Positions 1 to 9,463 of a stretch of 64,000 nt of DNA are shown here, one piece after another. Source of the DNA: Vulcanimicrobiota bacterium (GTDB lineage Bacteria; Vulcanimicrobiota; Vulcanimicrobiia; Vulcanimicrobiales; Vulcanimicrobiaceae); the NCBI GenBank assembly GCA_963695225.1, contig OY968762.1, positions 2,112,001 through 2,176,000 on the forward strand, in the 5' to 3' direction. Below the pieces are notes generated by a model. That model did no database searches and was not told the DNA's origin. It saw only the letters and a list, made by a program, of their open reading frames with translations. A program made the position numbers and the translations under genes. Each line of letters starts with the position of its first letter. Position 1 is the stretch's first letter.

Positions 1-1058
1 GTGCGCGCCTCGGAGGAGCAACTGCTCGCGCTTTCGAGCTCCGCGAAACGCGTTTCGTCGAGGGCTCCGCCGTCGCGCGCGCGCTCTTCGAGCTCGGAGA
101 GTTCGGCCGGAGTCACGCGCGTGCGCGCGACCTCGCGCGCGGCCTCTTCGGCGCGCGACGCGCGCTCGGTCCACGTCGCGTAGGCTCCCTCGAGCTCCGC
201 GACGCGTTCCTTCGGGAAGGCGGCGACGTCTTCGTAAGCCGCATGGCTCGCTTGCAACTCCGCGAGATCGTCGCGAATCGTGCGCAGCTCTTCCAGGCGG
301 GCGCGCAATACGAAGGCGCGATGCGCACGGCGAAGGCTCTCGTTTCGTTCGAGCGCTTCGCGGAGTTCCGCGATGCGTGCGCGGTCGTGGGCCAGGCGCG
401 CGCGCAGATCGCCGAGCTCGCCCAAGCGCGCGCGCATCTCGCCGGCGTGCCGTTCGGCCTCTTCGCGTTCTTTCTGCAGTTTACGCAGCGGCGCGTTCTT
501 GGTCGCTCGCTTCGTCCCGACGTGAGTGGCGACCGCTTTGTCGAGCCGCTCCAGCGCCCCGAGCGCCGCATCTTCCTTCGGGCCGCCGTCGAGCGCGTGC
601 CGCAGCGCTTCGCCGATCCGTTCCGCGCGCGCGCCGTCGATGGCGACCGCGCCTTGTTCGACGCACGACGCGTTCAGGAACACCTCGAGCGGCATGCCGA
701 GGTGCGCCTCGGCGGGAGCGAACGCTTTGCCCGCCGAGTATTCGGCGGAGACGTCGTTGCCGTTGCGGTCGAGCAGGCGCGCGTTGCGGCCGTCGTGCTC
801 GAAGTCGCGTTGCAGCTCGAACTCGCGGCCGTCGCGCAACGCGTAGCGCAGGCGAGTCGCATAGCGCGCACCGCTCCAGGGTTTCCAGACTTCGCGCTTC
901 CCGCGCCGGTGTCCGTAGAGCGTCGCGACGATCGCCTGCGTCAGCGTCGATTTCCCGGCCTCGTTCGGACCGTAGACGACGTTGAGGCCGGGATCGAAAG
1001 AGATCGTTTGGTCGGCGAGCTTGCCGAAGCCGTCGATGTTGAGTTCTAGCAGCCTCAT
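1..1058 (-). CDS. AAA family ATPase, Rad50/SbcC/YhaN-like (3' part runs off the window)
   Basis: Not in the ORF track; manual translation from ATG at 1058 gives MRLLELNIDGFGKLADQTISFDPGLNVVYGPNEAGKSTL (Walker A), followed by Ala/Glu/Arg-rich coiled-coil. ATGA overlap with the upstream nuclease stop. Confidence 0.9.
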   Translation of the reverse strand, partial: MRLLELNIDGFGKLADQTISFDPGLNVVYGPNEAGKSTLTQAIVATLYGHRRGKREVWKPWSGARYATRLRYALRDGREFELQRDFEHDGRNARLLDRNGNDVSAEYSAGKAFAPAEAHLGMPLEVFLNASCVEQGAVAIDGARAERIGEALRHALDGGPKEDAALGALERLDKAVATHVGTKRATKNAPLRKLQKEREEAERHAGEMRARLGELGDLRARLAHDRARIAELREALERNESLRRAHRAFVLRARLEELRTIRDDLAELQASHAAYEDVAAFPKERVAELEGAYATWTERASRAEEAAREVARTRVTPAELSELEERARDGGALDETRFAELESASSCSSEAR

Positions 1059-2140
1059 GGCGCGATGTCCGATCCTTCGAAGGCCGCGAGCGCGTAGCGG
1101 AGCGCGCGCTGCGCCGTTTCGCCGCCCGTCGCGAGCAGATCGGCGACGACGCGTCCGCGCACGGTCGGCTCGCGGGCGATCGTCGCGTAGTCGTAGGCGA
1201 TGCTCTCGTCGGCGACTTCGAGCGCGCCGAGATTCGCGCCGAGTTGCTCGGCGATGAGCGGCGCGTCGATGCGCGTGCCGTGGGCGATCTCGCCGGTCAA
1301 GCGCAGCCGGACGTAATCGTTCGGCCCGCAATCCGCGAGCTGCGAACCGGCACGCTCGAACGCCGCCTGCTCCGTCGTGACGCCCGCGAGATCGACGTCG
1401 CGATCGAGGAGGCGCGTGCGCGCGATCGGCACAGCTTCGACCTCGCAGCGCGTTCCCTCGATCGTCACGACGATCGCCCCGTGCTCGCCGCGTTCGCCGA
1501 ACTTGATCGGCTCGGGAGACCCCGGGTAGGCGAGGACGGCGCGCCCGCCGTCGCGCGCGACGTAACCGCCGTGGAAATGTCCGCTCAGGAGCAGCGTGGT
1601 GCCCGCCGCCTCGACCTCCGCTTGCGAGAACGGGGCCGTAAGGCGCTTGTTCGGCGGGCAGCGGTCGCTATCGCTCCCGTGCACGAGCGCGAGTTGCACG
1701 CCGCCGCGTTCGAAATGCGCGCCGGCGAACGGGCGGCCCGGCTCGGCGGGCGTGTGGCCGAAGCCGTAGAGCGTGATCCCTTCCGCGAGCGGAATCGCGC
1801 TCCAGGCGGCTTCGTTGAAAGCTCGCACGTTGGGCGGCAGGTCGTCGCGCGCGGTCAGCGCCGTGCTCGTGTGCGGATCGTGGTTCCCCGGCGCGAGGAA
1901 GACCGGCTTGCCGAACCGCGCGAACTGCTCGAACAGAAAGCGCGCGGTCTGGGGCCCCGCGCGTTCGGCTTCGTAGAGGTCGCCGCCGATCGTCAGCGCG
2001 TCGGCGCCGCGCTCCAGCGCGAGGTCGATGATGCGCGCGAATGCGTCGGCGAGGGCTTTACGCCGGGCGTTCCCGCCCCGCAGCTCCGCGAACGTCGTCT
2101 CGAGATGGACGTCGGCGCAGTGGACGATCGTGAAGGTCAT
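1055..2140 (-). CDS. Mre11/SbcD/YhaO-like metallophosphoesterase DNA repair exonuclease
   Basis: Start MTFTIVHCADVHL; motifs DxH, GGDLYE, PGNHD, LVHG, SGHFH, YPGSPEP. Confidence 0.9.
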   Translation of the reverse strand: MTFTIVHCADVHLETTFAELRGGNARRKALADAFARIIDLALERGADALTIGGDLYEAERAGPQTARFLFEQFARFGKPVFLAPGNHDPHTSTALTARDDLPPNVRAFNEAAWSAIPLAEGITLYGFGHTPAEPGRPFAGAHFERGGVQLALVHGSDSDRCPPNKRLTAPFSQAEVEAAGTTLLLSGHFHGGYVARDGGRAVLAYPGSPEPIKFGERGEHGAIVVTIEGTRCEVEAVPIARTRLLDRDVDLAGVTTEQAAFERAGSQLADCGPNDYVRLRLTGEIAHGTRIDAPLIAEQLGANLGALEVADESIAYDYATIAREPTVRGRVVADLLATGGETAQRALRYALAAFEGSDIAP

Positions 2141-2163
2141 CGCTGGAAGTTCGTACCCATCCC

Positions 2164-3048
2164 TTAGGTCTTCGACTCGAGATAGTGTCCGAACCAACCG
2201 AGCGCTCGCTCGTACGACTCGATCGCAGCCGTGGCCACGTACGAGGAGCGTGTATCGTCGAAGAACGCATGGCCGGCCTCGCTGTAGATCCTGACGTCGT
2301 ACGGCACGCTCAGCTTCGCCGCAAACGCGCGGACGGCGTCGGCCGGGATGCTCGTATCGCGCCCGCCGAAACTCCCCGAAAGCGGGACCTTCACGTCGGC
2401 GGCGTTCTGCTTCGTGACGTCGCCGTACAGGACGGCGGCGGCGGAGAAGAGGTGCGCGTTCACGCTCGTCTGGCGGAGCGCGATACCGCCGCCCATGCAA
2501 AATCCCAGAACTCCCGCGCGCGGCGCGGGCTTGCGGCGGTGCGAGGGGTCGGCGTTGTGGAGCGCCCAGGCAGCCGCCGCAGCGATATCCTTATCGACGG
2601 TGCCGTCGACGAGCTTTCCCGCGAAGGGCCGGAAGATCGAGAAATCCGTCGCGCCGTCCCCGTTCGGAGCGTCGAGGCCGCTGTAGAGCGCGGGCGCGAT
2701 CGCGACGTAGCCCTCCTTCGCGAGACGCCGCACGGTGTCGCGGAGCTGCGCGTCGACGCCCCAAACGGCCTGCACGACGACGATCGCGCCGCCGAGGTTC
2801 GCATCGTCCTTCGGTTGCGCCGCATACGCGTCGAGCGTCCGGCCTTCGTACGAGAGCGTGGGGCGCGCGATCGTCAGCGCGGGATCGTTCTCGGCGACGA
2901 GCGGCGGATGGGGTTTGCCGAGTGCATCGGCGGAGAGAGCGGGAACGGCCGATGCGGCGACGAGCGCCGCACCGGCGCCGAGCCCCACGAACGCGCGGCG
3001 GCTGAGCGCCGGATCCGTCGCGTCGGTGGGATCGGGAGGGTTGTCCAT
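2164..3048 (-). CDS. Dienelactone hydrolase family protein with Tat signal peptide
   Basis: SRRAFV Tat motif; GFCMGG nucleophile; GGRD; AGHAF. Confidence 0.9.
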   Translation of the reverse strand: MDNPPDPTDATDPALSRRAFVGLGAGAALVAASAVPALSADALGKPHPPLVAENDPALTIARPTLSYEGRTLDAYAAQPKDDANLGGAIVVVQAVWGVDAQLRDTVRRLAKEGYVAIAPALYSGLDAPNGDGATDFSIFRPFAGKLVDGTVDKDIAAAAAWALHNADPSHRRKPAPRAGVLGFCMGGGIALRQTSVNAHLFSAAAVLYGDVTKQNAADVKVPLSGSFGGRDTSIPADAVRAFAAKLSVPYDVRIYSEAGHAFFDDTRSSYVATAAIESYERALGWFGHYLESKT

Positions 3049-3084
3049 GCTTGCGCCTGCTTTCGCCGCCGAAGGCCGGTGAGC

Positions 3085-3534
3085 TTAGAGACCGAGGTCC
3101 TGGCGCAGGTGGCCGCACGCGACGTACGCGCCGCCGTTCGCGGAGTGGACGACGACGGCGTAGTTGCCGGAGAGCGCCTTGTCGAGCGGGATGTTGACGG
3201 TCGTCGTCGACTTGCCGCCGACGACGTCGGAGAGCGGGTAGGCAACGGCTGCCTGGATGTCCTCCGGGCTGTCGCAATCCTTCGCGCGATGGATATGGGC
3301 CGGTTCGCGCCCATGCCCCCCCTCCAGCGTGATGACGAACGTCGTCTTGTCGTTGCGCTTGAAGAGCTGGACCCAGCCGACCTGCCCGGAATTGTTGAGC
3401 TGCTGGATTCCAAGCTTGATGCCGCGGCCGGCGTCGGTCGGCCTGATGACCGCGTCTTGTGCGCCGGCGGGGGCTAGCGCCGGCCCCGAGGCGGCCAATA
3501 TGGCGACGAGCGCGATGGTGCGATCTACTCTCAT
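3085..3534 (-). CDS. Secreted protein, Cu/Zn-SOD-like or CHRD-like fold
   Basis: Signal peptide; EPAHIH..C, YAVVVH, YVACG pattern. Confidence 0.6.
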   Translation of the reverse strand: MRVDRTIALVAILAASGPALAPAGAQDAVIRPTDAGRGIKLGIQQLNNSGQVGWVQLFKRNDKTTFVITLEGGHGREPAHIHRAKDCDSPEDIQAAVAYPLSDVVGGKSTTTVNIPLDKALSGNYAVVVHSANGGAYVACGHLRQDLGL

Positions 3535-3677
3535 GAAGTGCCTTTCAGCGAAGTGCGAGGACGCTCATAAAGGGGACGCGTGCAAGCCGTGCGCCGCGAT
3601 TCCCCAGCGTTGAGGTCTGGTCATCGGATTCCCTCCGGGCGAGGTTCCGAAGCAGCCCGGAAGCCTTTGTGCCGCGG

Positions 3678-6600
3678 TCAGTGGAAATTGCGCGAGCGGA
3701 CGCCGTCCGTCAAGCCTTTGGTATCGAGCGGCCAGAAGCGCTTTGCGAGGAGATCGATGCAGCCGAACTCCTTTTGGAGCGTTCCCTCGATCGCGAGCGC
3801 CGTCGCGCTGCGGATTAGGCGGCGGTTGCGTTCGTAGACGGCCGGGTTCACGATCACGTTCACGAGCCCGGTTTCGTCCTCGAGCGTGAGGAAGACGAAG
3901 CCTTTCGCCGTCCCCGGACGCTGGCGCGTGATCACCATCCCGCCGACGCGGCAGACCAAATGATTCGGCATCGCCTCGAGGCGCGCGGCGGCGAGGATTC
4001 CGCGCCGGTCGAGCGCCGCGCGCAGGTGCGCGATCGGCTGCTCTTCGGGTGAGACGCCGGTTCCCCAGATGTCCAGGTGCGTGCGCTCGATCGGCGAGAG
4101 CGCGGAGAACGCCGGAACGGGCTCCTCGATCTCCATCAGTTTGCCGAGCGTGCCGCGCGCTTCGCGTTCGTCGAGCGCGCGTACCCCCCACATCGCTTCC
4201 CGGCGCGAGGGAAACCACGGTGCGAAGGCGCCCGAAATCGCGAGGTTCTCGAGCGCTTCCTTGGCGAGGCCCGTCCGCCGCGCGAAGGAGACGAGATCGT
4301 CGAAGGGGCCGCCCGCGAGCGCGTCTTCGAGCTTCGCGCGTTGCGCTTCGCCGAGGCCGCGGATCAAGTGGAAGCCCAAGCGCAACGCGCCGTCGCCTTC
4401 GACGAAGCTGTAAAATTCGCTCGCGTTGACGGCGAGCGGCCTCACGGCGACATCGTGGCGCTTCGCGTCGTTGAGCAGCACCTCGGTCGAATAGAATCCC
4501 ATCGGCTGCACGTTGAGGATCGCGGCGCAGAAGAGTGCGGGCTCATGGCACTTGAGATAGGCCGAGGCATAGGAGAGCAGCGCGAAGCTCGCCGCGTGCG
4601 ATTCGGGGAAGCCGTAATCGGCGAACCCTTGCAGCATGTGGAAGAGTTGATCGGCCGCGGCCCGGTCGATCCCGTTCTGCACCATGCCGTCGATCAGCTT
4701 CGGATAGATCTCCGACATCCGCTCGCGCGAGCGCTTGTGCCCCATCGCGCGGCGCAGTTGATCCGCCTGCCCCGGCGAGAAGCCGGCGGCCTCGATCGCC
4801 ATGCGCATCCCCTGTTCTTGAAAGAGCGGGACGCCGAGCGTCCGTTCGAGCACGGGCCGCAGTTTCGGGTGCGGGTACGTCACGGGCTCGAGCCCGTTGC
4901 GCCGGCGCAGGAACGGATGCACCATATCGCCTTGGATGGGGCCCGGGCGGATGATCGCGACTTGCATGACGATATCGTAGAAGCACGTGGGCTTCATGCG
5001 CGGAAGCATCGATTGCTGCGCGCGCGATTCGATCTGAAAGACGCCGACGGTATCGGCGCGCTGCATCATCGCGTAGGTCGGCGCGTCGTCGGGCGGGATC
5101 GCGGCGAGCGAGAGCGGCGCGCGCTCCGGATAGCGCCGGCGATAGAGCGCGAACGCGTCGCGCAAGAGCGAGAGCATCCCGAGGCCCAGCAGGTCGATCT
5201 TGATCAGCCCGAGATCCGCGATATCGTCCTTGTCCCATTGCACGATCGTACGATCCCGCATCGTCGCCCACTCGACGGGCGCGACTTGCACGAGCGGATC
5301 GCGCGTGATCATCATGCCGCCGGAGTGGATCCCCATGTGCCTTGGGAATCCGTCGATGCGGCGGCAAAACTCGAGGAGGCGCGCGCCGGTTTCGCCGGAG
5401 ATCGGCGCCGCGATGTCCGGATCCGGGTCTTGGCCGCGGTCCTTCGGCTCGAAGCCGTAATAGCCGCCGGGTTGTGGCTTCGGCTTCTGCTTTGCGGTTA
5501 TCTTGCTGCCGGCTGCATCGTTGGGCCCGGCCGCCGGGGCGGGGTGAGGGTTCTGCGGGGACGCCCGCGATTTCGCATCGTGCGAAATCCCACCCCACGA
5601 TGCGTTCGCATCGCGGGGACCCCGGGTGGGTTGAAAAGGCGCTACGCCTTCGGCTTCGCGCCCCCCACACGCAAAGCGCGTGGGGCCCCCACTTTCCCGC
5701 TCCCGCCATCCGTGGCTCCGCGGGAAAGCTGCACGCCCCGCCGACCCCTCACCCCGCCCCGGCGGCCTACCTGGGTGTTGCGCATCTTCATTTGCGCTTG
5801 CATCGCTGGGAGGCTGCGGCTCTTCGCTTTCGGTGCGGGAGGTGCGGATGTTGGAGCCGCTGTCGAGGTCGCGGCGGCGCAAGACGGAGGTGGGGAGATT
5901 GCGGGCTGCGTCGGGAGCTCCGACGGCTCCGGCTAGGGATTCCCGGGCGTCGTATTCTTTGGCGACGGCGTCGACTTGGGCGAGCGAAAGGCCGAGGGCT
6001 TTGCCGACGTCGCGGATTGCGGAGCGCGTGCGATAGGTGATCACTTCGGCGGTCATCGCGGCGTGCTCGCGGCCGTAGCGCTCGTACACGTATTGGATCA
6101 CCTTCTCGCGGTCTTGGTGCGCGAAGTCGATGTCGATGTCGGGGACTTCGCGGCGCTCTTCGGAGAGGAAGCGTTCGAAGAGCAAGTCCATGCCGATCGG
6201 GTCGACGGCGGTGATGCCGAGCGCGTAGCAGACGGCGGAGTTCGCGGCGGAGCCGCGGCCTTGCGCGAGGACGCCGAGCTCTTCGGCGGCGCGCGCGATG
6301 TCCCACACCACGAGGAAATAGCCGGCCAGATCGAGGCGCGCGATGATGCCGAGCTCGTATTCGAGTTGGCGCTCGACCTTCGAGGGGAGCGGGTCGCCGT
6401 AGCGTTTGCGCGCGCCGCGTTGCACGAGCGTGCGGAGATAGGATTGCGGGCTCGTCTCGCCGGGCGGAATCGGAAAGAGGGGAAATTGGCCGGCGAGTTT
6501 TTCGAGGCGGAACGTGCAGCGTTCGGCGATCGCGAGCGTGTTCGCGATCGCTTTGGGATAGGGCGCGAAGATGCGCGCCATTTGCGCGGGGGATTTCAGA

Positions 6601-7346
6601 TGGAATTCGTGGTTGGGGAGTAAGAGCGTCCCGGCTTCCTCGAGCGTCGTGCGATGCTTGACGCAGGTGAGGACGTCGCAAAGCGGCGCATCGTCGCGCA
6701 CTGCGTACGCGACGCCGTTCGTCGCCACGTACGGAATGCCGAGCGCCGCGGCGAGTTCGATCGCGGCAACGCACGCGCGCGCATCCTCGGGGCGCAGATG
6801 GTGCTGTACTTCGAGGTAGAAGCGGCCCTCGAAGAGATCGCGCAGTATCGCGGCGCGCTCGCGAGCGGTCGCGGCATCGCCGCGCAGCAGCGCTTCTTCC
6901 GCATACCCGTGGGCGGCGCCGGAGAGCGCGATCAAGCCCGCCGTCCGCCCGGAGAGATCCTCGAGGCGCAGCCGCGCGTCGCGTTTGCGCCCGCGCAACT
7001 GCGCCGCCGAAATCGCATGCGCGAGGTTCGCGTACCCGCGCTCGTCCTCGGCGAGCAAGACGAGACGCGGAAACCGCGCGAGTTCGCGCGCCGTCAGATC
7101 GCGCCGCTTGGGCCGCAATTCGGAGAACTCCATGGTGAGCTCGACGCCGCAGATCGCCCCGAGCGGCGTGGGCTTGGCGGCCTTGGCAAACCGCACGGCC
7201 CCGTACAGCCCGTCGCGATCGGTCAGGGCAAGCGCGGCCAGCCCCAAAGCGACCGCTCGCTCCACGAGTTCCTCAGGGTGAGAGCCCCCCTCCAGGAACG
7301 TGAAATTGGAGCGAGCATGCAACTCGGCATACCGTCCGGCGGCCAT
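3678..7346 (-). CDS. dnaE2: Error-prone DNA polymerase III alpha DnaE2, with a ~175-aa low-complexity insertion
   Basis: PHP domain (ELHARSNFTFLEGGSHPEEL, TDRDGLYG), GRGSAANS, PDIDIDF, FPRHMGIHSGG, GFPESHAASFA, RQRPGTAKG, C-terminal DnaE2 signature SRNFH. Confidence 0.96.
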   Translation of the reverse strand: MAAGRYAELHARSNFTFLEGGSHPEELVERAVALGLAALALTDRDGLYGAVRFAKAAKPTPLGAICGVELTMEFSELRPKRRDLTARELARFPRLVLLAEDERGYANLAHAISAAQLRGRKRDARLRLEDLSGRTAGLIALSGAAHGYAEEALLRGDAATARERAAILRDLFEGRFYLEVQHHLRPEDARACVAAIELAAALGIPYVATNGVAYAVRDDAPLCDVLTCVKHRTTLEEAGTLLLPNHEFHLKSPAQMARIFAPYPKAIANTLAIAERCTFRLEKLAGQFPLFPIPPGETSPQSYLRTLVQRGARKRYGDPLPSKVERQLEYELGIIARLDLAGYFLVVWDIARAAEELGVLAQGRGSAANSAVCYALGITAVDPIGMDLLFERFLSEERREVPDIDIDFAHQDREKVIQYVYERYGREHAAMTAEVITYRTRSAIRDVGKALGLSLAQVDAVAKEYDARESLAGAVGAPDAARNLPTSVLRRRDLDSGSNIRTSRTESEEPQPPSDASANEDAQHPGRPPGRGEGSAGRAAFPRSHGWRERESGGPTRFACGGREAEGVAPFQPTRGPRDANASWGGISHDAKSRASPQNPHPAPAAGPNDAAGSKITAKQKPKPQPGGYYGFEPKDRGQDPDPDIAAPISGETGARLLEFCRRIDGFPRHMGIHSGGMMITRDPLVQVAPVEWATMRDRTIVQWDKDDIADLGLIKIDLLGLGMLSLLRDAFALYRRRYPERAPLSLAAIPPDDAPTYAMMQRADTVGVFQIESRAQQSMLPRMKPTCFYDIVMQVAIIRPGPIQGDMVHPFLRRRNGLEPVTYPHPKLRPVLERTLGVPLFQEQGMRMAIEAAGFSPGQADQLRRAMGHKRSRERMSEIYPKLIDGMVQNGIDRAAADQLFHMLQGFADYGFPESHAASFALLSYASAYLKCHEPALFCAAILNVQPMGFYSTEVLLNDAKRHDVAVRPLAVNASEFYSFVEGDGALRLGFHLIRGLGEAQRAKLEDALAGGPFDDLVSFARRTGLAKEALENLAISGAFAPWFPSRREAMWGVRALDEREARGTLGKLMEIEEPVPAFSALSPIERTHLDIWGTGVSPEEQPIAHLRAALDRRGILAAARLEAMPNHLVCRVGGMVITRQRPGTAKGFVFLTLEDETGLVNVIVNPAVYERNRRLIRSATALAIEGTLQKEFGCIDLLAKRFWPLDTKGLTDGVRSRNFH
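5523..5770. repeat. Palindromic inverted-repeat-bounded element (REPIN/MITE-like), copy 1, in frame within dnaE2
   Basis: Reverse complement aligns to 7447-7699; 5590-5695 is identical (106 bp) to 7523-7628; ~32-bp terminal inverted repeats; GTAG at one end. Confidence 0.9.
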
Positions 7347-7354
7347 GGGAGCCC

Positions 7355-7383
7355 ATAGTAATCGAACACACGTTCGATGTCAA
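7355..7383 (-). promoter_or_regulatory. Sigma70-type promoter with LexA (SOS) box in the spacer, dnaE2
   Basis: Minus strand TTGACA-tcgaacgtgtgttcgat(17)-TACTAT-8 nt-ATG; palindrome TCGAAC-N4-GTTCGA at 7362-7377. Confidence 0.88.
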
Positions 7384-7446
7384 TTTGGGCGATGCCGATC
7401 TTGGGCGATGTCGATCTGGCCCCCGGACCTTTCAAAAGACCGTGGG

Positions 7447-7796
7447 GTAGGCCACCGGTGCGGGGCGAGGGGTCCGCGGGGCCTCCAGCTTTTTTGCGGA
7501 GCCATGGATGGCGGGAGCAAAAAAAGTGGGGGCCCCACGCGCTTTGCGTGTGGGGGGCGCGAAGCCGAAGGCGTAGCGCCTTTTCAACCCACCCGGGGTC
7601 CCCGCGATGCGAACGCATCGTGGGGTGGTGCGATTTCGCATGGATGCGAAATCGCGGGCGTCCCCGCGGACCCCTCGCCCCGCGCCGGCGGCCGGGCCCT
7701 GCGATTAGCGCGCAAGCAGATCCCCGCGGACCCCTCGCCCCGCGCCGGCGGCCGGGCCCTGCGATTAGCGCAAGCACGGATGCGAAATCGCGGGCG
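7447..7796. repeat. Palindromic element copy 2, with a tandem duplication of its right end
   Basis: 7447-7699 matches copy 1 in inverted orientation; 7661-7711 is repeated at 7721-7771; 7642-7660 is repeated at 7778-7796. Confidence 0.9.
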
Positions 7797-7857
7797 CGGG
7801 CTAGCGATAGGAACGCGCCTCAAAGGAGTTCGCCCTTTGCGGAGCAGAGGAACGCCG

Positions 7858-8832
7858 ATGCAGTACCGTCGTCTTGGGCAGTGGGGCATCAAAGTCTCCG
7901 CCATCGGGCTTGGGTCGTGGCTGACGTACGGCCGTGCGGTCGGAGAGGACGTTGCGCGGATGTGCATTCGCCGGGCGTACGAACGCGGCGTCACGTTCTT
8001 CGATACGGCGAACGTCTACGGGCGGGGCCGGGCGGAGGAGACGATCGGACGTGCGATCGCGGAGTTTCCGCGCGATTCCGTCGTGCTCGCGACGAAGGTG
8101 TTCTTTCCGATGGGGGAAGGGCCGAACGACCGCGGGCTCTCTCGCAAGCACGTCACGGAACAACTGCATCATTCGCTGCGGCGCCTCGGCACCGAGTACG
8201 TCGATCTCTACCAATGCCATCGTTTCGATCGGGCGACGCCGCTCGAAGAGACGTGCTCGGTGATGAACGATCTCGTGCGTGCCGGCAAGATTCTCTATTG
8301 GGGCGTTTCGGAGTGGAACGCCGATCAGATCGCGGCAGCGGTGGCGCTCTGCCGCGCGCGCGGCTGGAGCGAGCCCGTGAGCAATCAGCCGCAGTATAGC
8401 GCGCTTTGGCGCCGCATCGAGGAACGCGTTCTGCCGGCGTGCGCGCAATACGGATTGGGGAACGTGGTCTGGTCTCCGCTCGCGATGGGCGTGCTGACCG
8501 GGAAGTACGCGAGCGTGAAGGAACCGCCGCACGGCACGCGCGCGGCCGGGCACGAGCTCGAGATGATGGAAGACTATTTCAAACAACCGATCCTGGACGC
8601 GGTCCAGCGCGTCGTGCCGCTCGCGAAGGAGGCGGGCTGCACGCTCTCTCAGCTTTCGCTCGCCTGGTGCTTGCGAAGGCCGGAGGTCAGCAGCGCGATC
8701 GTCGGCGCTACGCGGCCCGAGCAGATCGACGACAACGCGGCCGCCGGCAGCCTGACCGTCGATCCCGCGATCTTCGCACGCATGGACGAGATCCTGCGGC
8801 CCGTAGCACCGCACGAGCCGTATCACGCCTGA
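7858..8832 (+). CDS. Aldo/keto reductase (Kv-beta/Tas-like)
   Basis: MQYRRLGQWGIKVSAIGLGSW, FDTANVYG, LATKV, DLYQCHRFD, WSPLAMGVLTGKY; GAGG upstream of ATG 7858. Confidence 0.92.
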   Translation: MQYRRLGQWGIKVSAIGLGSWLTYGRAVGEDVARMCIRRAYERGVTFFDTANVYGRGRAEETIGRAIAEFPRDSVVLATKVFFPMGEGPNDRGLSRKHVTEQLHHSLRRLGTEYVDLYQCHRFDRATPLEETCSVMNDLVRAGKILYWGVSEWNADQIAAAVALCRARGWSEPVSNQPQYSALWRRIEERVLPACAQYGLGNVVWSPLAMGVLTGKYASVKEPPHGTRAAGHELEMMEDYFKQPILDAVQRVVPLAKEAGCTLSQLSLAWCLRRPEVSSAIVGATRPEQIDDNAAAGSLTVDPAIFARMDEILRPVAPHEPYHA

Positions 8833-8904
8833 ACGTGCGGCCTCGCGCGCGGCCAGGCCGAAAGCCGACCGGAATTGAGCTGCGCTCGCTCAAAATGGAG
8901 AACC

Positions 8905-9402
8905 ATGTGGGGAATCCCCGTTAGAGTGAATCGAGCAGCATTCCAATGGCGGTTGTGCATCGCCGCTTTTATTGTAACAACGATGGGCGTTCTTACTACC
9001 GCTGCATTTGCCGATTCGTCGCTATCGTCACTGACGTTGCGTGCCGGCTTGAACAAGGCGACGTATTCGAACGGCTCCGATCCCGTCTTGACGTTGAGTG
9101 TCGTCAATAGCGGGCCCGCTGTCACAGTCGATTGGACGCACGTGCTCATCATGGACTTTTCAGTTCAAATCGTTGATCTGCACGGAAATAGACAGTCATT
9201 TGACGACGCTGCGATCCCCGCAGCGTTCTCGACTCGCGCCCGGATTATCGAGCAAGGGGAGCGTTTGATTAGGCAGGGTAGACTTTCTACGTGGGGTTAC
9301 CATCTCAGGCCAGGAAGCTATAAGCTTTCGGTCAGTTTTCCTATGGATAATGGTGGCCCCATCGTGCACTCGAATACCGTTCAATTTACTATCGACGGGT
9401 AA
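8905..9402 (+). CDS. Secreted hypothetical protein (beta-sandwich-like), visibly lower GC
   Basis: GGAG before ATG 8905; hydrophobic signal ending AFA; LRPGSYKL motif. Confidence 0.6.
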   Translation: MWGIPVRVNRAAFQWRLCIAAFIVTTMGVLTTAAFADSSLSSLTLRAGLNKATYSNGSDPVLTLSVVNSGPAVTVDWTHVLIMDFSVQIVDLHGNRQSFDDAAIPAAFSTRARIIEQGERLIRQGRLSTWGYHLRPGSYKLSVSFPMDNGGPIVHSNTVQFTIDG

Positions 9403-9463
9403 GCATCTCGTCATCGGAGATTCTAATTAACGCGGTCCGCGTTTTCGAGATCGAACCGCGAAT

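Noticed and set aside
5400..5925. Intein or self-splicing intron in dnaE2
   Set aside because: No Cys/Ser...His-Asn splice junctions or LAGLIDADG blocks, and no group II GUGYG or domain V seen; the central part is explained by the repeat.
7661..7771. CRISPR array
   Set aside because: Only two 51-bp units with a 9-bp gap, part of the palindromic element; no cas genes.
7300..7857. 186-aa N-terminal extension of the aldo/keto reductase and other ORFs over the repeat
   Set aside because: They translate the non-coding repeat; AKR homology and the RBS start at 7858.
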